Shown here piece after piece: positions 49,711 through 64,000 of a stretch of 64,000 nucleotides of DNA. Within the stretch, counting starts at the first letter, position 1. Every line of letters starts with the position of its first letter. Made by a program: the position numbers and the translations under genes. Source of the stretch: Catajapyx aquilonaris (taxonomy: Eukaryota). The stretch is from NCBI GenBank assembly GCA_000934665.2, contig KZ538049.1, positions 1 to 64,000 on the forward strand, in the 5' to 3' direction. The notes beneath the pieces were generated by a model. The model worked only from the letters and a program-made list of their open reading frames with translations, was not told where the DNA came from and searched no databases.

Positions 49711-50312
49711 TCCAGATTTTCCAGGCTAATGGCTGTGCGGGTGTTGCTGGATAATCAGAAAATGGGCCTGGATACCATCATAATGAGCTGTTCAGAGGTT
49801 TTTAATGCACTACTGTACATACTGTACTCTGATTTAAATAATATTTGATGAAAATAATGAAACTTCCCATCCATTTTTCTGGAAAAAGTATCTTATATTT
49901 CTTAGTTTGCAAGACATGTTAACACTTTTTGGAATGTTATTTATTTTCCGTTGTTTTGATGATACCCGGATAATCTGCACCTGAATAATCGGGAGTTCAG
50001 TGTAAATTGTGTGACGAGAACAATATGAATCGTGGGCAGCAGAGAAGCCAATGTTTTCCCCTCGCCGGCCCACCTTCGAACAGTCTTCACTGGGTTTTCC
50101 ACGGTGAAAGCTTCGCAGGACAAAATATCAAAGGTGAGCTCCCGAAAGTGACGTCAAACTCGTTCGCATTGGAGGCAAAAATGGGTGGCTCACGAAGACC
50201 CCATTCACTGGTGCCTCACGGGGCAGGCCAGAAGAGGGTGGACCAATCAGCGCGTACTCGGTCGCGACTGAGAAGCTTTTGCACCCTTGCTGAGGCTCAA
50301 CCAGCATAACCC
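47760..50312. mobile_element. DNA element defined by 39-bp TIRs, enclosing a LINE insertion
   Basis: GGGTTATGCTGGTCGAGCCTCAGCGAGGGTGCGAAAGCT versus AGCTTTTGCACCCTTGCTGAGGCTCAACCAGCATAACCC; no clear TSD. Confidence 0.6.
48442..49709 (+). mobile_element. 5'-truncated LINE: end of RT, C-terminal domain with CCHC knuckle, (TAT)n tail
   Basis: 397-aa open frame with LNVTKTKVVIF, YNYLGV, LYGACFW and CTHCN..HLIYDCPF; YADD region absent. Confidence 0.88.
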
Positions 50313-50317
50313 ATTAA

Positions 50318-50628
50318 CCCCCCTGGTGCCCAGTCAACTTATCATTTCTTGTTGATTTTTTGGGGAGCCAAAATATGATTTCCCATACCCTTTTTTGCAC
50401 CAGCTATACTACAAGTGAATCTTAAATGTTTTACTTAAAAGTTGAAAGTAACTCCTAACCCTACCACAGCCATAAAACAACAGGTTTCCAATGTTAACTT
50501 ACTACTCAATAATAGTGCATAACTTGGAGAATATAAAAACTCACTCTGTACACGTGGCCTCCTCAATTTTTTGCATGACTAGGAATTTACATGAAACTAC
50601 TGCATATTAGGGAGTAGGGACAAGGGGA
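50318..50628. mobile_element. TTAA-flanked piggyBac-like MITE (degenerate)
   Basis: TTAA-CCCCCCTGGTGCCC...GGGACAAGGGGA-TTAA. Confidence 0.5.
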
Positions 50629-50653
50629 TTAACCCGACTTAAAAATACCAGTA

Positions 50654-51276
50654 TAAGGGTCATTCAGATGAAAGCGAGTCACTGTCACATAGCAAATTTC
50701 CTGTTGGGTTTGTCGCGACATCTTATACACAAAACGAAGGTCGTTTGGAGGCAACAATAATGTTGAGCAGCTTGCGGTAATCCATTTTTGAACCACGCAA
50801 GGTGTCAGCAGTACAGAAATCCATCTCAGTGTGAGTACTGTGTACAAAAACTGTATGTCTTTGCCACGTGTTAGAGCCTGGAGTAAGTGGTTCCGAGAGG
50901 GGCCGTTGTCGTTGACTGGTGATTCCAGGCCAGGGCAAGCAAGCTGCTTACTCCAGGCTCTAACACGTGGCAAAGACACAGTTTTCGTACACGGTACTCA
51001 TACTGAGATAGATTTCTGTACTGCTGACACCTTCCGTGTTTCAAAAAAGGATTACCGCAGGCTGCTCAACATTTGTTGCCTCCATATCTGACTGGACAGT
51101 CTTTTTGAAGGGGGGTCCTGAACAAAAGTACACTGCAACTGTGTTGAGTTATTGAATGGGCAGTGTGTCATAATAGTACACTGGTACAACCTTCGTTTTG
51201 TATGTAAGATGTCGGGACAAACCCATCCGGAAATTTGCTATATGCCCGTGGCTCGCATTCATCTGAATGACCCTAA
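50654..51276. mobile_element. mariner-derived foldback made of two inverted 5' ends
   Basis: TIR AGGGTCATTCAGATGAA; plus strand encodes EQLAVIHF..EIH..VYKNCMS..VRAWSKWFREG..DSRPG (mariner N-terminal HTH), inverted at ~50947-51083. Confidence 0.85.
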
Positions 51277-51360
51277 TGTGTAATTACCAATCTCAAAACA
51301 TAATGACCAGGTTTTTTTGCTGGTTTTTGAAGTGTAAAAAGTCAATAATTTTTCAGATAT

Positions 51361-52021
51361 GAGGTGCTGAAAATCAAAAACCGACAGCTCCAAAAAACAA
51401 AAAATATTAGTTAGCGCCAGCAATGCATTCCTCATGCCATGGAGTACATAATACCTTAATATGGTATTTAAACCCCTACAACAAAGCCGTCAAATGCAGG
51501 GGTGAAAAGCGACCTCCGTAACAAAAACCGCCAGCTCCATCCCCACTCGCAGAAAATTACAGATCAAAAACCGCCAGCTCCATCACGAAACTAAAGCTGA
51601 CATGGGAGACAGTTCATACTGCGAAACTCGTACGGATAACGACTATGCGAATGAGATGCGCATTTAACAGAACACCTTGCGGAACGTAATGGAACATTGG
51701 TATGTAAGCGTGGAATAAACTTAAACATTTACACGGATAAACTTGTGTTTCATGTTTCCCTCACTCAATTTTGCATCAAAAACCGCCAACTCCAGCTGTT
51801 GCAAATCAAAAACAGCCCAGTGGCAGAATGGACGGTCCACAGCTCATTGGGTAATGGCGGATGATTTCATAATAACTTACCAATGGTTGTGTTGCTAGTA
51901 AAGGAATCTATGGCCGCTACATTCAGGTGTCTACGTTGACATACGGCGAAACTGTAGGTTTTTCTCGTTTTTCTCTGTTACGTTTATGACGGAGCTGTCG
52001 GTTTTTTATTTTCAGCACCTC
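51361..52021. mobile_element. Non-autonomous element with GAG/CTC termini (Sola2-like) and internal AAAAACCGCCAGCTCC repeats
   Basis: TIR GAGGTGCTGAAAAT.AAAAACCGACAGCTCC; flanks ATAT/ATAA. Confidence 0.7.
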
Positions 52022-52039
52022 ATAAAGATTCGTCATTTA

Positions 52040-52631
52040 CGAGGGCCGTCCTAAAATGATTTACAATTTATTTTTTTGCCACAAATACAGTGCCCATACA
52101 GGCAGATACAGGTCGGCAGATAGTCACACAATATTGAGAGAATCCTCCTGGACCTGAATGAACAGGAGTCATGGGTGTGGCAACCTTTTCAGGCCCTCCA
52201 GGAACCACATTTTGGAGGTTCGGCGCACCCCCTCCCGGACAACTGCTTACAGTGAACAATGTCCTCAAAATTGCATCAGCGAAGGAGTTTTTTTCATGGA
52301 TGTGAACAGGTGAAAGTCACTGGGGGCCAAGCTGGGTGAGTGCAGTGGGTGTGGAAGCACCCAAACCCAGATCCATGAAAGCAACCCTTCGCCGACGCCA
52401 TTTCGAGGACACTGTTGACAGTTGTTTACGTTGTTGATTGTGCACCGTTGTCCAGTAGTGCACCTCCAAAAGGTGGTTCCTGAAAGGCCTGGAGAGGTTG
52501 ACACACCTGTGGTGGTAGTGCATTCGGCTCCAGGAGGATTCTCTCGATAATGTGTGACTATCTGCCGACCTGTATGGGCACTGTATTTGTGGCAAAAAAA
52601 TAAATTGTGAATCATTTTAGTACAGCCCTCG
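52040..52631. mobile_element. mariner-derived foldback MITE with a central catalytic-domain remnant
   Basis: TA-CGAGGG termini, ~170-bp arms; minus strand encodes LPHPLHSPSLAPSDFHLF. Confidence 0.85.
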
Positions 52632-53437
52632 TATGTGTCGGCATGTGTGTATTGTTACAGTCTCCATAAGCTCATGACGTCAGATCAACTTTTTTCATTG
52701 TGGAGTGCTGAAGAGCTACCATGTCAATTTCACAGATTTTGTCACTATAGGGCCCCTGTAAAGTCCACATCTCCACAAGAATCCTACCCTAAAGTGTGTT
52801 CACAAGCTTGCAAGTATCAGTCACAGTGACAGCAAGAAGCAAATTCTCATTCCCCATTCATCCATTGACTTCTCAGCCCTGTTAAAATATTTTGAATTTG
52901 CTCAAAAACACCTGTCTGGTCCAATCACCTTAGCATGCAATTTATCTTGCAGCCAATGACTGCAGCACTCAAGAATGTTGTACCTTTGCATGTGGCTTAC
53001 AAACTCCTTGAGATGTCACGTGATGCGCACGACCTGAATAGTTGAGTATTCGGAAAGTAATTAACAAATTATGCTAGTTTGTGATAAATGTGGATTTAAT
53101 TAGACAAATAAACATGTTTTGAGCTCATACAGTTAACAAATTAATTCAGCCTTCATTTCCTTAGATTTTTCTTTCATCAAAATATCCACACTTACTATTA
53201 GCGGCAGTCACAGCAGTGCAAATGCTGGGCATTCTGTTGATTAATTTGTCAAGTTTCAGCTCTGATTGCAGTCCACTTTCTTGAAATTTCTCAAGGTGAT
53301 TTTGGTGTTGAGATGCTCCCAAAGACATTAAATTGGAATGGATGTTGGACCAAAACACTTGAAACTTCAGTTCCAACCGTGGTTCCGACTTCTTATGTGA
53401 AAACAACCTTCAATTGACTGGTGGTCCAGGACCTGTT

Positions 53438-53976
53438 CTCTGCCATCAGATGTAAGAAGACTGTAACTCAAAAACCAGTAAGGGTTGGGGAGGTGTAGAT
53501 GGCCGTGATGGTAACGTCTCGGTTTGCTGAGTGAAAGGCCCCTGGTTCGTTCCCCGCCTGGGGAACTTTCCTTTCACCTGCGTCAGGAGGGTCGCTGACC
53601 TGCACCAAGGAGGTGTCTGGCAACCTAACCTCCTGGGGAACAGCACATGACCCCTTTACCGACCTTGCACTTGCACCACATGTTCCCTCCTCAAAAATCC
53701 CTATATCCTTACCCCATGTCCTTTCATCCTTGCACCGGTGAGCGAAGAAAAAATAGTACACAGTTACTAGAAAACTGATGGTGGTGTGCCACCCCCCCTA
53801 AAAAGGCTCCGCCTTATCACGGGGTAACGTTAAAAAAAAAAAACAGTAAGGGTGAAAGTCGCATGCATGTGCCGGACTAATCCCTCCTGACTCAGAGGGG
53901 ATTAGTGCAGGGCGTGCATGCGACTTTCACCCTTACTAGTTTTTGAGTTAGGGTCTTCTTACATCTGACGGCAGTG
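53438..53976. mobile_element. Palindromic MITE with CAC-type terminus and 5-bp TSD (Transib-like), split by a SINE
   Basis: CTCTGCCATCAGATGTAAGAAGAC / GTCTTCTTACATCTGACGGCAGTG; flanks CTGTT/CTGTA. Confidence 0.7.
53486..53843 (+). mobile_element. tRNA-derived SINE (GGGGAGG head)
   Basis: GGTTCGTTCCC B box, CCCCCCTAAAAAGG..CACGGGGTA tail, A-run, TSD CAGTAAGGGT. Confidence 0.8.
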
Positions 53977-55316
53977 CTGTAGCCCACAATAGCCTCTTCT
54001 TTTCATTAATGGGCCTAAGCAATGGTTTTCAGGCTGCAACAAACTAGCTTCTTTTGTTCCAAATAATTGACTGCTCAGGTGGTGGATTGTAATTAGCAAG
54101 TGGTAGTGTACATTCTACGAGTCATCTAAAGGCAAGGATTTTTTTCCTTGATAATACGCTGGCATTTCATATGGAAGCGCAAATTTTAGCTTCGAGTAAC
54201 TGCTGAATGCAAAAAAAAAAGTGTGCAATGAAGTGTGACAATGCAATATTTTGGATTTTCACTACCCATACTTTTCTAAACTGTGAATTGTTGACGAGGT
54301 TCAGGGGAAGCCTGCTCTCAAAATCAAAACGTCAAAAAGATAGGGATTTCTGAAAATATGGCAAAAAATGGCTAATTTTGTAGGGCTGACTTTTGGTACA
54401 AACTTCTCTTCCACACACACACACACACCCAATGTGAGTTGCAGTAATGGAGGTTCTGCAAAGAAAGGATAACAAAAAAGCATTTATCTCCCAAAAATAT
54501 GCTTTCTAAATCTCAAAAAAAATTTACTGAAGGATGTAGTAGTTTTCTCCAAATAATTTTTAAAAACCTACAAGTAATTTAGTATCAAGTGGTTTGCTTT
54601 TCGCAGATCGACGTACAAAATTTGCTCAATTTCCAGACATGTCTGAAACGAATTATTTCTTTTCATCCCTCTTCACACAACTCCATCTCATTAAACTTGA
54701 GCCATTGTAATAACTTTTGAACAACTTTATTTTCATACAAACTCAGTCACTCTCACCACTGGCCCCCAAACTTAAGCTTGAGATACTTCCAATTTGTGAC
54801 TTATAAATTCAAACTTTTCCCTGAGACTTGTGTTTCTGGATACACTGACTAGCAACTATTAAAAGTTTCCACAGCCCCTGAAAACCTAAGCCACTTAGAG
54901 CCTACATCACATGCTCCCAAGAGTTCCATATTTCATCTGGCAGTTTGACATGCTTCGACTTCAGCGTCGACAATGGCACACAAGAAACCAGGGGAAATAA
55001 ATTAAACACAGAGGGGATCTGCAAAGAACTAAAATTGTTCATGCGATATGCACTTCAAACACAGATTTGGATTGGTGGAGGGCGAAAATAACTCATGATT
55101 ACAACTTTTACCAATACAAAAGATGTGGAAACTGTTCTATCTCATCCTGCCTATTAGTTGAGCTTTATGCCCTTGAACGTTTGGCCATCTCTCTTCATTA
55201 TCCTTCAGCTTTTTATCACGTTGCCTCCTTACAACTTCTGAAGGCATATTCCCAAACCAGCTTTATCATAAGCAATCGTGCTGCTTTGGAAACAGGCCTT
55301 TAGGTTGACCAGTCTT

Positions 55317-57034
55317 CTACTGCATCGTTGAGCTACTGTCTTCAAGGACCTTATCTGAAGTAGTTTGGTCATCCCTAGTATGGCCCTTCTTTCCCTTCCT
55401 GCGCTTCCCAACACAACTGTCTTCTTTGGTCAAAACTTGTCCAGTTTTCTCGACTTCCTTACGCTCATCCTTTTCCTGGGTTTTCAACAGCTTGTTTTTT
55501 CCGATCGTGAGGGTTTCTTCAAACTTCCTGTTCAGTGACTCCACACCTGATACCAGCTCTAAATGCATCTGTTCAAGACATGGGATATTAGAGAGCCTGT
55601 CTTCAAACTGGAAAGCACTGATCTCACCTTCTGTTGGTTAACGTTACGCAACAGATCCTCTTGTGCATAAAGAGTGTCCATTAAAGTTTTCTGAGCCTTG
55701 GCTCGTGCTGCTTTGGCCATTTGCATATCTTGCTCCATATTCTGCAATTGAGGTGCATCAGTTTTACATATGAAATCCAAGTCATATCATACCTTTGTTT
55801 CAGTCCTGATTTCTTTCAAGGATTCTTTGAATACAAGCTCTTCCTTCTTCCCCATTGCCTGACCTTGAGCAGCGAGCCTCTGCTCCAGCCCGGCCTTCAA
55901 TGATTCGAGTACCTGCAAAAATAAAACATAAATAATTTGGCTCTGGTGTTGGTGATAACACCAATAATACTAACAACAACAATGGTTACCCCATGATAGG
56001 CTTGCTTGGGGCTCTTTGGGAATCCTCTTTTCCACAACCAGCTTCATTAATTTAAATGTGGTGCATTTGTGGGAGGAAACAGCAGAACCCCGAGAAGACC
56101 CTTGCAAACACTGAGAAAACCCATCAAACTTCATACATGGGAAAATATCTCCTGTTAGGCCTGGGAAAGAACGTGAGACCTCTCAAGGCGGAAGCTGCCT
56201 CATTAATCACTACACCATTGTGCCACCCCCTGCTTTGATAACAACATAAGAAGAAGAGAGGGTGGCATGGTGGTGTAGTGGTTAGCACCAGAGCCTTCCA
56301 CCTCTGAGGTCCTGAGTTTGAACTCTGGGTTGGACAGAGGATACCTACATGGAAAGCGTTTCGAAGGGTTCTCTCCATGTTCACATGGGCTTTCTTGGGG
56401 CTCTCTCATTTCCTTCCACAATCAAAACCCATCACATCATAGGCAATGATTCAAGTTGGTTACCGTATTGAAAAGATGATCCCATAAGAGGCCCAAGGAA
56501 GTCTTATCATGCCGCATGCAAGAACTCACCTGTTGCACTTTAGCAAGCTTCTCAGTGCCTTCCTTCAACGTCCCTTTTATAGTTTCGCACAGCAGGCGAT
56601 TTTTTTCCATCAAGAAAAAAATGCGACACTCTGGACCCATCATTTCGTTGATCTGCTTCTTCAGATCATCCCTGTCTTTCACAACTTCCTCCTGTAAAGA
56701 GAGACATGCTATTAACTTGCACATTTGGCTGCCTCACAATACCATGCAGTGTGAAACACTTACAATACTCTTGAGGTCGAATTGCAGCTTCTCCAAGCCT
56801 TCATATACACTTTTGTAATCCTCACTCATTATCTCCATGACAACTTTCATATCCTGGAGTTCCTTTATCCGGCGGGGCAGCTCGTCGTAAGCACAAAAAA
56901 TAGCTCCAGCCAAGCTGCTTGATTAACAAATTCAGCCATTTCACTCACATAAGCATTTTTTTTTCCTAAATGAAGACTTCTGTTCATTCTTACCCTCCAT
57001 CTTGCTTCTGTGGTGGCTTGTTGCCACCCAACAT
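55317..57034 (-). CDS. Uncharacterised coiled-coil protein, at least ~279 aa; exons 57034-56994, 56914-56764, 56691-56530, 55912-55793, 55741-55628, 55568-55317; further 5' exons up to ~58644 possible
   Basis: Six GT-AG exons join in frame without stops; E/K/Q/L-rich helical composition; start codon uncertain. Confidence 0.7.
55980..56430. mobile_element. Two related SINE copies in divergent inverted orientation (~55980-56232 minus, ~56258-56430 plus)
   Basis: Both heads read GGGTGGCA..TGGTGTAGTG.TTA; bodies share ACATGG and GGGT..TCTC motifs. Confidence 0.6.
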
Positions 57035-57190
57035 TGCTGCACTTGTTGATACGGGTTGGACCTTATGGTCAGAAGTGATTTTTGTTAGTTTTCTACATAA
57101 ATATCACCTTATAGGAGACTGAACACATACTGTTAGCAAATGAATAAGCTGAAGGTCCATCAATGACTCAGGCAAGAAAATTTGAATATA

Positions 57191-57480
57191 CAGGGCGTTT
57201 CAAAATTATTGACAGGATTTCATGTGGCCATAACGGCTTTTAAAATGCACCCAGAAGTATGTGTCCCACATGGAACAAAGCAGCAGGTATTCCAGTTTTG
57301 GCCTTCTGGCGACAATTTCAGAGTGATCCCCCATATGGCAAAAGCATTAGGTGCAGATATCAACAGTTTCAGACAACAGATTGCCTTTGTAAAGGGAAAA
57401 GTATAGGACGTCCACATGTGCCAGAAGAAAGTGCAGAACGAGTGAGAGTCTCTTTCGTAACACCCTCCAAACAGCCATAG
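57191..57480 (+). mobile_element. 5' fragment of a DD41D-like element
   Basis: TA-CAGGGCG terminus; DPPYGKSIRCRYQQFQTT..KSIGRP resembles the N-terminal HTH of this family. Confidence 0.55.
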
Positions 57481-59289
57481 TCAGTATCTCCAATTCACAA
57501 CTCTCATGGTGCACAGACTACTTGGACTACCCACCTTTCCGCCATGAGATGGTGACAGGAAATGGGTTAGAGGAGGGAGAATTGCTCATGTTTGTTCCCT
57601 GCAAGGCCCCAGACCCTTTCCTTTAACACGCACTAGATGGAAGAAGCTTACACGAGAACCTTCTAATAAAGTTGCAGGTCACATCAAAACCGAATGCAAA
57701 TGATTATTCATGGTACCATTAGCAAAAATTTCTGATGCCCATTGCCACAAGAGATGCAGCACCCTGCCAAAACTTACCATACTCATGATTATGATACCTT
57801 GTCCCTCCTCTGCAGGCTTGAAACAATGAAACCAGGTACAGAAAGTACTCGTTTTATGCCAAAACAAAATTATAATGTAAGTAAATGAGATGGGTTCCAA
57901 AATTTCCAAAATTGACCGCGCCACAAGGCACCACAATAAACAAATGAAGTGCCTTCACGGTCGTGTGTTTGGACTCAGAAGTGTTGCAGTGACGTGTTAA
58001 TGTTTAGATTATGTCAATATCTTCAAAAGTTTCGATGAAAAATGTTTCAAACGTAATTTTAATACCGGCGTTAATGTGAAATGCCGTAAAATGGAGTGGT
58101 GTAAAACAGGTACTTCCTGTACTTTTGGCCTGTGTTTCTCCTGATCTGTCAAGAAAGATGGTGCTGTCATTTGGGAGAAACACAACTGACGCACAGTCTT
58201 ATTTGAATCTCATATTCATGAGAACTTGGCTTCCCATAAGCCGGATTTGAACCCCAGAACTTGGCTGGCCAATGGCATAACCGCTAAGCCACCATGCTCC
58301 TCCCGCCTCAAATGCCTCCCCCATCCACCACACTTCCCTCCATGAACTATCTCCCGGCCTACCTACCACCACCCCATATGGAATAATCCAGCTGCCAATA
58401 ATCCTTTTCCAATCAGTTCTGGAAGTGACTGACTATTCTGATTAATTATGAGTCTGACATGCTAAACACAATCATATGACTCGCACTGACACCTGTCCTT
58501 CAAAGCTACAGCCTGATTCAAGCATGGCACGTTCACACCGCATTCAATCAGCTGCACCGTTCTACACCATATCGTATGTCTCACCCGTGCCACCCGTCCT
58601 TTCTTTCCCAGGAGCTGCTCACTGCTTGGACAACTAGCAGCCATGGCCTCCTCCGGGATGAGCTCGGATGGGACTTCCTGAATTTAGCCTGGAGCCCTCG
58701 ACAGCTACCTCGATACCTGCTCAGCCTGCTCCCAATCCGGCGCACCAGGTCCGACGTCCGAGGCACAATTCGGCGAACTCGGTACCCGGCGGCTCCCAGC
58801 AGTGTTGCCAATAATCACCAATCACTTACAGCCCAATAAATTCCATAATTATAAGGACTGTGTTATGCCAACGTATTACAAATTTAATTACCTGTTTAAT
58901 AACTTTTAAAAACCAGATATTATTGAGCTGTAAATAATATCCTTGACCCACGCCATCTGACGCTGCTGCCCTCTACGGGCTCCCTATCTACCGTATTTTG
59001 TTCAGTTATCGTACATTGTTCTTCGGATTGCCGGTGGAGCAGTAGACTCGTCCTGTCGGCTGTCGGGAACACAGGTCGGGAGGACCAGCTCATTCCTCAT
59101 TGAGCTCAAAGCTCGAGGATCGGAGGAAGTGGCGGAATAACTTATCACGTAGAAGCATGTAGTGTGGGAGCTCCTGCAGTATTTGCAGGTGACAAGTGAA
59201 GAAAGAGGAAAGGGAGAGGAGTGGACTGATAATGGAATGGGTTTATTTCAGGTGCGATGCGCTTACAGGTAGCTCTCTTGTGGAAGAAG

Positions 59290-63467
<4,178 letters not shown>

Positions 63468-63489
63468 GTAATATGCTGACAAGAATTAA

Positions 63490-64000
63490 GGCCCGTGCAC
63501 ACTAGAGTTGCTGGCTACGTGCCGCTGTCGCTCCGTTTCATTGTCGTGTTCACACTCAAGACGCCGTGTCGCAAGCCAGGGTGGGAAGCTTGGTGGGAGG
63601 CCACCACCCCTCACACCCAACACCCTTCCTCCGACCCCAGTTTCTCTCTCCCCCCCCTCCCCTCCCCCTCCCAACCACCACCACCACCAGCTCACGTCTT
63701 CCACATCCCAGACCTGTTTGGCGTGTCTCCTCCCGTATACCCGACCACGTGTTGTCAATCTCCTGGCCTGCCTGAGTGAATGAATAGTTCCAACTGTGCT
63801 CTCCAGAGTCAGTGGCACAGCACATCATTCGACCCCACCCCTTGGTGACGTTTTGGCTCTCCGTTTGCTCCTTTGCACGTAGAGTGTGTGAGAGGAGCTA
63901 AAAAATAGAAAACTTTCCATTCTGAGCGGCGCAAACTGGGCTGTGATTGGTTGCCACTAGCGGAGTGGGAGCAGCACGTAGCCAGAAACTGTAGTGTGCA
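63490..64000. mobile_element. Harbinger-like MITE in a GAA intron, right end cut by the window
   Basis: TAA-GGCCCGTGCACACTAGAGTTGCTGGCTACGTG versus CACGTAGCCAGAAACTGTAGTGTGCA. Confidence 0.75.

Larger units (their letters stand above)
53160..54847 (-). mobile_element. Heavily decayed Tc1 remnant
   Basis: C-terminal LDKLINRMPSICTAV..GYFDERKI; CAGTGTATCCAGAAA terminus near 54847; extent uncertain. Confidence 0.5.

Overview
Eukaryotic, invertebrate/arthropod-like genomic DNA. It holds five spliced host genes: FAM136A-like (-), DAZAP2-like (-), Cullin-1 (+, complete, 13 coding exons), an unrecognised coiled-coil gene (-) and a GH31 lysosomal alpha-glucosidase (+, runs off the window). DAZAP2/CUL1 and the coiled-coil gene/GAA are two head-to-head pairs. 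Most introns are 55-90 nt. The few large introns and the intergenic space are packed with nested mobile DNA: decayed Tc1, mariner and DD41D (rosa-type) transposases, many foldback MITEs with TA, TTAA, 4-, 5- and 8-bp target duplications, several tRNA-derived SINE families and 5'-truncated LINEs. Most notable: a decayed Tc1-family transposase split by four spliceosomal introns; hairpins built from inverted transposase fragments, one inside a CUL1 intron; a DD41D element bracketed by two copies of one MITE; SINEs with modular, LINE-like 3' tails; a 72-nt U12-type intron in CUL1; and two GC-AG introns. All calls come from manual reading and translation; no database searches were run.
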